Shown: piece by piece, positions 11,707 to 23,000 of the stretch
Layout: each line of letters opens with the position of its first letter
Numbering within the stretch: the stretch's first letter is position 1
Virus record (IMG/VR): IMGVR_UViG_3300043539_001773
Direction: 5' to 3' (one strand)
DNA: 64,000 bases
Origin: a virus
Notes under the pieces: generated by a model
What the model was told of the DNA's origin: nothing
Databases searched by the model: none
What the model saw: only the letters and a program-made list of their open reading frames with translations
Program-made: the position numbers and the translations under genes

Positions 11707-12867
11707 TTACGCTCCCATTATAACAGAGAATAGGCTAAGCGTACCAGCAGCCATGTAACTTTTATCATCAGATAGTCTATAATCTTTATTGGGTATATTT
11801 CTATTGTCTACCTTAATGTTACTAACAGTGACAGACATGATTAACTCTGAAGAAAGCTTCATCTGTCTTTCTATTTCTGATATTGAAACTGAGTCACCAA
11901 TTGTGAGACTATTTAAATATCTATTTAAGAAAATCTTTGATTGATTTTCTACGCTCCTAGCAATTGCTCCCGTTGTTCCTTCTCTTAGGGTCAAGGTAGC
12001 TGAAACATTTACTAGTTTTTTAGTGGCTATTCTAAGATTCATATTGATACCAACTGGTTTAACTGCTTTAATTTTTTCGTAAACCAACTGACTCATTATA
12101 CTTATTCCAGCTTGAGTTTCTGGTATAACAACTATGTCACATGTTCCAACACCAAGAGAGGCTTCTCTTATTTTTACATCCCTTACACCCTTAACTGACA
12201 AGGCTGCAAATCTAACAGACTCTGCAGTGCCTGACGCAGAGCCTCTAATTGCTGAAACTATTCTTCTTCTGTAGTTGTCATCAGATTCTGAGTTTAGGCT
12301 GCTATAAACTTCCTTCGGGTTGTTACAGTAAACTACAATACCCGGAGGTGATATAAAATTATGTCTTACCAGGGTGTTTCTAGCTGCAGTTACATTGTTG
12401 TCTGCAAATTTTGCCTTAACTGACCCATAGGCTCTTGTATTACCCGTTGTTATAACGATATCTGAATTTAGTTCATACTGATATTGGGTTGAAGAAAATG
12501 CTGTCGTATCATTATATACGAGCGTTCCCTTTGGAATGGTTACGGTTGAACTGTGAGTTGTATTTAAATAAAATTCTATATTTCCAGTAACTCTTTCTGG
12601 GACTAGTTCAGATGATATCGTTCTACGCTGTACATTATACAAGGTGCCTATCATATCTAGGTTGATTCCTGAAGCTGTTGAAAGATTAGACTGCTCTATA
12701 CTCACCTTTAAGGAGTTGTAAAGATCGCTAATTTCAGAATGAATTGCTTCCGCAAAAGCTCTGGCTATTGATCCAGGAGAAATAGCGCTAATTCCTGCGT
12801 TTTTTTGCAGAGCATTAAGAGTGGCTACCAGCATTTGCTCTTTACTCTTTATATTAACTGATACCAC
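11707..12867 (-). CDS. Baseplate J-like wedge protein
   Basis: PGSIARAFAEA, TASGINLDMIG, TIPKGTLV, ESDDNYRRRI, GTAESVRFAAL and KPVGI are typical Baseplate_J motifs. Confidence 0.9.
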   Translation of the reverse strand: MVSVNIKSKEQMLVATLNALQKNAGISAISPGSIARAFAEAIHSEISDLYNSLKVSIEQSNLSTASGINLDMIGTLYNVQRRTISSELVPERVTGNIEFYLNTTHSSTVTIPKGTLVYNDTTAFSSTQYQYELNSDIVITTGNTRAYGSVKAKFADNNVTAARNTLVRHNFISPPGIVVYCNNPKEVYSSLNSESDDNYRRRIVSAIRGSASGTAESVRFAALSVKGVRDVKIREASLGVGTCDIVVIPETQAGISIMSQLVYEKIKAVKPVGINMNLRIATKKLVNVSATLTLREGTTGAIARSVENQSKIFLNRYLNSLTIGDSVSISEIERQMKLSSELIMSVTVSNIKVDNRNIPNKDYRLSDDKSYMAAGTLSLFSVIMGA

Positions 12868-12868
12868 T

Positions 12869-13249
12869 CTAGGCTCCTAAGTCTTGTGTTATTGACAATA
12901 TCGTAGGTTCATTTAAATCACCCATTAGGTAAACATCAAACCTAATAGAATCTGCGGAAACCGGTACTGCCTCAATAGTAATTTGTCTGTTTTTAAAAAC
13001 CCCTTCTCTTTCTAGGGCTGCACGAATTAATCTTTTACCGAAGTCGCCAGTTTGAGGGTTTTGAGGCATTCCGTATAGCATCGACAGTTGAGTCCCTAGT
13101 TGAGGGTAGATGAAGAAGTCACCTGGCTCAGTCATTAACCTCATATATACATGCTGTATATCTTTTTCTGACATAGATTGAACTAAGCCCAAATCTCCAG
13201 ATCCATTTACTACTAAATCACCGCTAAGGCTGATGTAAAAATCAGACAT
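12869..13249 (-). CDS. Baseplate wedge / sheath initiator (gp25-like, DUF2634-like)
   Basis: GDLVVNGSGDLGLV...RLMTEPGDFFIYPQLGTQL; lies directly upstream of the J-like gene. Confidence 0.8.
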   Translation of the reverse strand: MSDFYISLSGDLVVNGSGDLGLVQSMSEKDIQHVYMRLMTEPGDFFIYPQLGTQLSMLYGMPQNPQTGDFGKRLIRAALEREGVFKNRQITIEAVPVSADSIRFDVYLMGDLNEPTILSITQDLGA

Positions 13250-13946
13250 TATTATCTCCTATGCTTTCTTTAAAAATATCTAATGCCTGGTCTATCGAAC
13301 GCCCATTAGACATTAGGTCTCTTATTCTATTCGTTAAATTAGCCTTTGATATACTCACTGCGTTAAACAATGCAGAGGCGTTCCTATCCCAAAAAGAATC
13401 TAATTTAATAATATCTTCTTTTGTAAAATCATTATCTAATGAAGAATTTTCTAACACATCCACCGATACAACATCAGTGTTAGTGGTTTCCCTATAGGCG
13501 TAGCTACCGTTAATAGTAACTGCTTGTTGTGAATCTTCTTGGTCTATTAAATCTAAATTCTTTATATAATGATCCATATTTAAAAAAGCTGGATTATAAG
13601 ATTTATCATTTGCGCTGACAAATGCTGGCTCCGAAAACACAGTTGCCGAATGATTAAATTCCATGGAGTTCCATTTTAAACCATCTTCTTTTGTAAAAAA
13701 TTTAATATTATCCGCAAAAAGAGAAATGGTTTTTGTTGATCCATTTATAACTATACCTACTCCAGGCGCTGAAAATATTTCTATATCACCAGAATCAGTT
13801 AGTCTTATAAAAGATGAATTGTCCGGATGAGTAAGTCCTACTTCTCTTTGGGAAAAGTTTTTTCTCCTACTTAATTCATCTAACTCAGAAGCGGTCTTGC
13901 CAGCTACTGATTCGAAAGACTTTTGTGCGTGAATTTTTTCTGACAT
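13242..13946 (-). CDS. Putative baseplate spike beta-rich protein (likely start MSEKIH at 13946)
   Basis: Short beta-strand repeats LTHPDNSSFIRLTDSGDIEIFSAPGVGIVINGSTKTISL resemble gpV/gp5 spike shafts; position in the baseplate cluster. Confidence 0.5.
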   Translation of the reverse strand: MSEKIHAQKSFESVAGKTASELDELSRRKNFSQREVGLTHPDNSSFIRLTDSGDIEIFSAPGVGIVINGSTKTISLFADNIKFFTKEDGLKWNSMEFNHSATVFSEPAFVSANDKSYNPAFLNMDHYIKNLDLIDQEDSQQAVTINGSYAYRETTNTDVVSVDVLENSSLDNDFTKEDIIKLDSFWDRNASALFNAVSISKANLTNRIRDLMSNGRSIDQALDIFKESIGDNNV

Positions 13947-13947
13947 T

Positions 13948-14310
13948 TTAAACCATAAACTTTGGTACACCAGTGTCTACACTGTAGTTGGGCATATATC
14001 TTCCTACGCTATTTGTATCGTCTATATATGATACTATATGCGGAAATCTTTCATTGGCATCGGCAAAACCGATTATGCATCTTGTACCAGCTGTTGGCGC
14101 AACACTTTGTACACCAAGAGTTGATGGGCATGGGACTCCTCTTATTATGTTGCCAACTTGATTTGTCATCCTATCGTCTAAGATAATTACAGCCGTATTA
14201 TTCATCTTATTGTATGACATAATAGTTCCAGATCTTGTCTTAGATTGCTGAAGCTGATTATTGCTAATGTGTGAATTTAATTTTTCATCAAATTTTGGAT
14301 ACTGTTTCAT
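13948..14310 (-). CDS. Putative baseplate spike OB-fold protein (gpV/gp5 N-terminal-like)
   Basis: GTIMSYN...AVIIL...IRGVP...GVQSVAPTAGTRCIIGF matches the gpV-type OB-fold pattern. Confidence 0.55.
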   Translation of the reverse strand: MKQYPKFDEKLNSHISNNQLQQSKTRSGTIMSYNKMNNTAVIILDDRMTNQVGNIIRGVPCPSTLGVQSVAPTAGTRCIIGFADANERFPHIVSYIDDTNSVGRYMPNYSVDTGVPKFMV

Positions 14311-14321
14311 ACTCTATCTCC

Positions 14322-17076
14322 TTACGCACTCCATGCAGACGATGCTCCAGCATAGGTATACTTACTTCCTGGGAAAATCGTTGAATTTATACTTCTTGGT
14401 CTTGGTCTATCAGACCCTTCACTTTCATCATGCTGGTCAACGTACTGACCATTTCCTATCGAGATACCTACGTGGCCATAGCGATCAGTCCCACCTGTCC
14501 AAAATACCAAATAACCAACTGGTGGGTTTTTTCCGTTTTCAGTCTCTGGTCCATAAAATGAAGCGCTCGATTCCAAATTAGACAAGTGTTCTCCCGCTGT
14601 TAGGAATTGACTAAGACTAGGCGTAGAGACTGTATATGAGCCTTCGTTACCTGCAGCTGTCCACTCATCTGTAAACAGTGCAGTTTGTGCTGGGCCAAAC
14701 AAGCCTAAAGCAGCTGAAAGAACTCTGGCAAATCTATCGCAACCAAAGTTTCCTTCAAGATCTGAACGATACTTAGTAAGCCATTGAGGAATCTTATTAG
14801 TGCTAATCCAGTCTGCAGCTTCTTCAATTTGATACTTAGTAAAAGATGCAGGAGATCCATCTCCTCCGGCACCTTGCGAACTAACTACATTTACCTCATA
14901 TGTAATGACTCCACTATCTTCTTCGTTTATCAACGAACCATCTTTAGCATGATCGTAGAATACCGTACCGTCCATCCATTGTTCTATGTAATTTATTGTT
15001 CTTTTATTATGCTTTTTGAAGTTTGTTCTAACCCAATCTTCTAGCGTTTCTATAGGCTTTCCTGTTGTTAAATATACGTTAACAGCATTTTGAAATTTTG
15101 TTCCGAATATAAATCCACAATCAGATCTTGGTGTACCATTTGAATTATCATAATCTCCCCAATGGCGAAAACCACTAGATCCGTCTATCTTATTTACGTT
15201 TTTAAAATCTACTCTGCCCCACTTATCCATTAGCATCCAAACTTGATTAATTGGGAACCACAACCTGTCATCGGTAGTAGACTTTGAAGCCTCTTTATTA
15301 GTGGTTGTACTATAAATCTCTACTAATTTTTTTGCTACTGCATTAGGATCCCAAGAAGAAGCTTCAGTAGCAGAGTACATTAACCTGTGAGCTTTAACTA
15401 ATTGCTTTGTTGCAGCAGAACCATCATAGTAAATTGGCACGTCGTTTGATGCGTTGGTCGACCTCTTGATTAAGGAAATCAAATTATACTGAAACATTCC
15501 AACTGAAACGTCACCACCCCAACTTGTCTTGTTATCGAAACATTTGCCGTTATAACCTGCTGGACTGGCTCCACTCTCTCTTCCTGCTACAGCGCAAAAA
15601 ATTGCTGCTGCCTCGTCAGAAAATGGACCTTCTTGAGAGAGCATTATAAATAATTCATATAGTGTTATTGCTGGACCACCATTTTTATAATTTTTATAGG
15701 CTTTTTCTTTTGCTGATGCCCCACTTCCTGAATCGTCTACTGGGTTTCCATTTTCATCAAACTTTTGAGCTGAAGCATCGGAGGTTTTCCAGCCACCAGA
15801 ACCAATGTATTTACCACCTCTTTGTGGGCTAAAGCTAATATGAATATTTTCCGTATGCTCTGGACCAAATTCAAAGTTAACATATTTTAGATTTGGATAC
15901 TGTGTTTTGATTGCAGTATCAACTTTTTCATAGCCTTCTCCAATTCCCTTATCCTTTGCAACGTCTGGATGGATAACTATAAGATCTGGCATCAGGGGTT
16001 GTGGCATTGTATTTAACTTTTGCAAAACTATATCTAAGGCAATTGCGTATCTCTCTTTGCCTCTTATTACTCCATAGTCACCAACTGATCTAATATCAAA
16101 TGCTCTTCCAAAAACATGATCAGATATAGAGTTTTTATTATTCTTATCAATTCCACTTTCTGGATTTGAATGCCTACTCGTCTTATCGCTTTCTGACAAC
16201 ACCGCTCTATTAAGAGCAAATGTGCCATTTATTTTAACACCTTTATTCACATCTGTCATCATCAATAAGCATTCAATTAGAGAAGCACTAATGTATGCTT
16301 TTTTCTTAGGAGCGCTTATCAGTGATGATTCAACAGACTCCTCAGTTGGATTAGATTCATCTGTGTAGTATGAATTTGTTTGCACAAAAGAATAAGAAGA
16401 TAGAACATTTGGTATGTCAAACTCAAACCCAAGTGTTAAAGCTGGTTCATTGATAGATTGTTTAAGAAGTGTTCCTCTTTCTATGTATATTTGTTTTTCT
16501 TCCTCGCTTAATTCTTCATCTGCAGCTATAGCTCTTTCTCCCAAACCTGGAGCGTCACCATCTATTCTATAGGCGGTGCTATTATGAGTGAATAGTGCTC
16601 CAGTAGAATCTCCAACTTTAGACTTATCGTTTCCTGGCCATTTTCCATTTGTTGATTCTAATAAAGGATTTAGAACTGACGTTGGCGCAAAACCAGTTCC
16701 GACTAAAGATTGAGAGACTACCTTTAGATATGCCTGGTCACCTTTTAATACCTCTAGATCTCCAGGTCCCTGATAATCTGGATTAGCTACTTGGAATGCA
16801 TCACCAGACTGAATGCCTGTTGCTAATATAGAGTGAAGAGATGACCTAACAAACTTTGACGATGCGTCTGCTAACGCTGCTGGATTTCTGGTTAACGCTC
16901 CGTCCAGCCATTATGTCTGTTAGATTTCTAGATGTTAATGTCTGATTTGAATAACTTTCTTTTGAAGCTGAAGTAACTAAGCTAGCCGCTCCATCGGGAT
17001 TATAACCCTCTGACAACTTTGCTATAAAAGAAGTAGAATCATTGAAGTCATTAAGGTTAAAATTAAAATCAGACAT
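14322..17076 (-). CDS. Tail-associated multi-domain peptidoglycan hydrolase (M15-like peptidase, lysozyme/SLT-like, CHAP/NlpC-P60), about 917 aa, joined across a +1 shift at CGGA 16899-16902
   Basis: SDHVFGRAFDI...HIHISF (M15 Zn motif); AGRESG...GMFQYN (SLT-like); GCDRFA...GYLVFW...YGHVGISIGNG (Cys-His dyad). The join DIMAG-G-ALTRNPAALADASSKF...APGLGERAIA is open into the 740-aa ORF. Confidence 0.8.
16899..16902 (-). other. +1 frame-break site 2 (GGA CGG A)
   Basis: In-frame CGG 18 codons before the zero-frame stop; the +1 frame bridges about 350 nt without a stop. Confidence 0.8.
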
Positions 17077-17078
17077 TA

Positions 17079-20000
17079 TTACAATCCACCCTTTTGTTCA
17101 ACATAGCTTGGCATTGGTATAGATCTATCCAGGCCGCCAGTAGATGCTCTTTCTCTTAATAGATCCACCGTATACACTTGAGCTAAGTTATTTGTCACTA
17201 GTTCCCAGTTAAGGGTTGCTGGTACTCCATCATTATAGTACTCATCCCAAGAAATATATGGCCATTCTGAAGCTTTTGAATAAAGAACTTCTAATATTTT
17301 AAAGTTAACTAAATCATTAAACAATTTTCTTTCATCATTAGTTATGGTTAATAGTGGGTCAGTTTCTCCAGTAATTTCAAAATGATTTTCCATACCAGAA
17401 GTATATATTGAGTTATATATTTCATCAAACTTTTGACCAAATACTGATTCTCCATAAAGATTTTGTTTAAATTTTTCCTTTTTCTGTATAATGCTTAAGC
17501 CAAGATTTTGAACAAAGAAAGATCTTATTATAGAAATATTTGTTTCTTTATCCTCATCGAGGATCCTGTAAAATACGGTTCCTAAAGATTTTTCCCTTTC
17601 TTGATCTCCATAGTTAACGCCCTTGAAGTAACTATTTGTATTATTAATTCTTGAGCCAGGAGATAAGTCATCTTCCGTATAAATAGAAACTGAAGATTGA
17701 TCATTTGGAGAAATTCTTATAACGAAAGGCTTATCCCTGAGTCTTTCACTTACAAAGATTGCTGCCCTTCCACCTGGTGAATTAACGTTTATTGCAGTCG
17801 TTGGGTCGTCTGGCTTATACCCAGCTTGTATGGAAGTATTTGTGTACGCCTGAAAAGTGCCAAGACTTGAAGCTATTATTCCTTCTAGTCTGACCTTGAA
17901 AGGTTGACCAGTTGGATTCATTAAATCTATAACTTCTATTTCGTCACCATCTATAACATTATTTAGTTTACATATTACTTTAAAGTATTGATTTAATCCC
18001 GTTTTATCTGGACCAGTTCCAGAATACTTTAACACCTCAGCATTAACTAATGCGTTTTCATAACTCACGTATCTTACTAGGTCGGTTATTTCTTTTTCTT
18101 TCCAACCCAAGCTCTTAAGTAAGTCGTCATTTCTAATAAAAGCATTGCCGTCAACGGTTCTAACCTTACTCTTTACTCCTAAAATTCCAGGAAGAAGTCT
18201 CTTTGTATGATATCTACCAACAACCATTCCTTGATTTATTGCAAGACTAGCGTCCATAGGTTGACCATTTTTATTTAGATAAGATATATAACAACCATGT
18301 TGGTCTAAGACGTTATCTCTTACCCACTTCCAGCCCTTCCAGAATAAATCAGACGCTATTCCAGCACCAATTCCAGCACCGATTGGTCCACCAAGAAGTG
18401 CCCCAGCTGTTGCAGTTAAGCCAACTGTAGTTAAATATGTTGCTGCAATTCCAGTTAAGCTCATTCCATTTTCAGAGTTTTGCTTCATCTGATTCTCTAT
18501 TTGAGATTGAGCGTCTGTTAATCCCTCGGCTGCAAAGTTTGCCATTATGTCAGACATAAGCGCACTTGATCCATGGGTAAATTGCACACCACCCATCATT
18601 TGTGATCTTAGCGCTTCTGACATACCATCAACAGAAATGTTTCCACCTGACAAGATTCCAGTACTTCCAGCCTGAACTGAATTAATTAAACTTCTTGTGT
18701 CATTTCTTATATTTTGAATTGACATCCAAGAATGAATCCAGCTAGACATAAACCATCTTGCTGGATCATTTACGGTTACAAGAGCGTTGGGTGTTATTGA
18801 TGTAATGAATCCCATATTTGGAGTAAAATGATGAACAACCTGTTCGACTTCAAAAATTCCATACATTCTTTCATAAACATCAGCGAGGTAAACTAAGTCA
18901 TGAGGTCTTATATCTGCGCTTCCTATTACAATTAACTCTCCAGAATAAATATCTTTTAGAGATTCCTTAAGATGAGCTAGACCAACTCTTCTTGCCATTA
19001 GTTCATCTGGCGCACCTTGAGATAGTTTTATTGCTCCTCTTGCAAATTCTATTGGATGGAATAGCGGTTGAGCAATTCCGAATAAACCTTCACCAACTAT
19101 GTTGTCAAAGAATAAACCAGTCTCTACAGTTTTTTCAACCTGTCTTTCTGCGGGAATACTTTTATCTAAAGCTACTGTTACTGGATACTTTCCTTCAGAT
19201 ACAGCGGTCACCTGAGTTGCTACGTTAGTTGTAGTCTCTTGTATATTATTAGCTATGATAGTTGAGAATGAACTTATGTAATGTATCTTCTGGAATGGTT
19301 CGCGTACTTCAACTACTGGCTCTCCATACTCTCTAGTGAATGGATTGTCAATGGCCCTCAATAATGATCCAGGTCTTCCTAGTGAGTAATAAATAGAATC
19401 GTTTAATACTTTATTCATAATGTTTGCTTGTTTAGAGAAGTTGTCTATATTAGACAAACCGTACCCCATTTGAAGCATTGACATTCTAAACATATTCATC
19501 AGACCTGATAGACCATCGCTTAACGCTGTAAACAATGGTCCAATATTTTGATCCCAAAAGCTATCGATATTATGAGTTAGCACACCAACTACGTTACCTG
19601 CACTATTTCCTTCGCCTTTATTATCTGCTAAAAGTTTCAAGAACTTTCTTTTATTTGATGCATAGTCTTGATTAGGATCAATAAATGCAGCAAAGATTTT
19701 GTGAACAGGACTAAAGTCCCACATATCATCACTGGCGTATTGTCTATTTGGTTTTAATACTAACCAAGCTCTTGCATATGCATCTTGCCACATTGCCTGT
19801 CTAAACATTCCAACTATCAATAAGAATACTTGTTTTGGCGTAAAGTTATCTTTAATTATGTCATCTACTTTTGGTTGTCCGCCACCAACATCAGCGCCAA
19901 GTATTAAGGATAAATTAGATTGAGATTGTAAAAATAATCCTAATTTTTTATATTTTGTTTTTGTTAAAGCATCGAAATACCTAACTAACCCGCCTTCATC

Positions 20001-23000
20001 AAGCGGTGCATCGACTAAGTTTTTTCTAGCAAATTCAATAGCTTGCTTAACTGTATCTGAACTAACTAATGATCCAGATCCTGATTCAATCTGTCTCTCC
20101 ATTGAATCAGCTGTACCGTATGGTTTTCCAGTTCTTTGATTTGGATTTGCTATAAAGTCACTTCCGAGCAATAAACTGAATTCATCTACTGCTGTACTAT
20201 CTGGACCATTAGCACTGAACAATTTAAATATATCTGGATTTGCTTCTGGATTTCGCAATATAGTTATTAGAAAATCTGGAAGTGGAGTTGTATCATCTGG
20301 ATCCATTCCAAAAGCGTCAAAAAATATTTTCTTTATTGCCACTTGGTTATGGTAATCAAATCTAAATTGATCCCATACATCATTTGCTTGACTAAGAGTT
20401 CTTCCATTTCCAGCTATTACATGAGTGGAAGGACTAAACCCTTCATCGAAAAACTCTCTAGCTTTTATAGATTCTGGTGCAGCTGGATCATACACAGGAG
20501 CAAAACGTTCTCTTCCCGTTCCGGTATCCTCATCTGGATTGGTAGTTCTAAGCTCACCATCTAGTATCTTATATAGTTTTTCTCTGTCAAGAGCGCTATA
20601 TTGTTCGTTTAATATGTAGTCAAAATAACTACCTTCTTTACCATCACTACTGGCAAGAATGTTTCCACCTCTAGCCGCTGCTTCTGCAAAATGTCCTTGG
20701 TCAAGAAGTGTTATTCCACTTATCGGAATATATTCTTGCCACTGAGTATTTGTAAAAGCTGTTGGTCTTTCATTTAATAGCTCTAATTGTCTTTCGATTG
20801 AGTCAGCTGTACCAGATAACCCTAACTTTTGCATGCCTGATTTACTTGCTTCTTCTGCTAAAAGTTTTCCATCACCTTCTGCTGCAAAAGCGCCAAAACC
20901 AACAAAGTACGATCCATTAATATCTGATTCACCTTTATAGGCAAACTCATTAGCTGGATTATATATTGTTGTTACAACACCGAGCGGAACACTGTCATCT
21001 ACAAAAGTAAAATAACAGTCTCTTGGCATTGGTACCGGTGCCAACCCAGCTTGGGTTAGCACTCTAGTTGGTTCTGAAGCTGCGTCATCGCTATTAAAAA
21101 ATTCTTTTTCATTTTCTGTTAAATGCATTACCCCAAGAAAATATGCCGCGTCTGGAGAAACTACAGCAGCTAAATCTACTTCGGTAAATACATCGTTTTT
21201 AAAGTTTATGAAATGATCTTCACTTCTTCCCTTAGCAAAATCTCCAGAAGCGCCGTTGCCAATTATGAGATCAGCCTTATTGGTTCCCCATAGAAAATAA
21301 GCTGGTTTACAAACAACTGCTGTTCTAGTTGTTGGACTATAGACTAAAACTTTTCTATTTTTATAGTCTTTTGGTTTACCATAAAATTCAGTTTCATTTC
21401 TATCTGAAAAATATTTATCTTTAAATTTCTTAAATATTTCATCATCTTTATCTTCAGTTATTTCATATGGCCATCTCATAGCTATGTAGAATTGCTCATC
21501 AAGAGCACTTGCTGGAGATCCCCAATCTCTATAACTAAATGGACTTCCAGAAGTAATCGTTCTTTGATTAATGTACTCATACTCCCAAGAGCCTTCAAGT
21601 TTTTCTATTCCCCTAACTTGTTCCAGTAGTGAAGGTAGTGGCATTCTTATCAGTGACTTACTTCCCGATACTCCGCTTGTGCTTAGATCAAATATAAATT
21701 TATCATTACCAAATGTATTGATTGGGTTAACCGCAGCAGTAAATGATACTCCTGCAAGATTTATAACAAACTCATCTTCAGAGCCACCTTCACGGTTGTC
21801 TGTTAGTGAACCAGAAATAAGGGCTGCTTCTGTACTTATTAGATTTGAATACAATGTGTCGTGACCAAATTTTTCAAAATCTTTATCACCATCATGTATG
21901 GTTCCAGTTTTGAGTCTTTCATCACCTTCTCCTGATCTATTGTTGCTCAGTGCATAGAAGGAGTAGTCTAATAAGACTGCTCCAGCAACTCTGTCTGTGA
22001 AAAATGGAAAAGAAAACCTAAGTGGCATTTGAGGTATTTCAACATGTAAATTTTTCATTTTTTCTATATCTAACTCAGAAGCATTTTGTCCAGTAGAATC
22101 TATTGGTAAGTGAAAACCAACTGTTACATAACCTTTAGTATTTGGTATTTCCGATATGATACTCTTTGTTGCCACTACCTGTTGTCTCTCCATGCTATCT
22201 GCACTGCCCGATAAAGTAGTGTTATTGCTATTTCCGTAATATATAGTTCTCTTAGGATCTAAGAAGTTAACTACCTTACCTCTTAGTATTCCAGCAGGTG
22301 CATATATATCTGAGTATGATGATTGCTGTCTAACTATTTCGGAAATAGATATTGCTGGACTTTGCGCTTGCCTCATTGCTTCATAATCTGCAGTTGAGTT
22401 TGATTGCTTATTAACTTTTGTTAGAAGATCCATTAATTCAGAATCTGGACTTCTATAACTTGGAACTTTTAATCCTAGCTCTACAGCTTTTTTCTCAGAA
22501 GGAAAACCAGTAGTGATTGGAACTACTGCTGAAGTGTATAACCAGTGTGGCTTACCATAGAACACCGTTGATCTGTCCTCGAATGGTCTTACGGCAACAA
22601 TATAGTTTGGAAGTAGTCTTGCGCACATTTGAAAAAGATCCCAAACAGATTTCATATATGTTTGTGCTCTAAATGAAACCTCATCAAAGCCTGGCATGTC
22701 GTCGTCAAGATCACTAATCAATCCAAATGTTTTCCAAATGTTTACACCGCCTCTACCAGTTAAGCTTCCAAGTAAAGATGCTCCTCCGCCAACTGCCATA
22801 GCTCCACCTATGAACGGAAGTGCGATACCACCCGTACCAATAGCTAACGCGGCTCCTGCTGCTAGTAATCCACCACCAAGTATGTTAGCTGCAGTTCCAC
22901 CACTAGCTCTTGCTTCCATTCCCTGTGTTAGGTTATCTATTGCAGCTGAAGCGTTTTCGGATCCTGAATCATATCTTTGAAGTAGATTATTCCATGAAGA

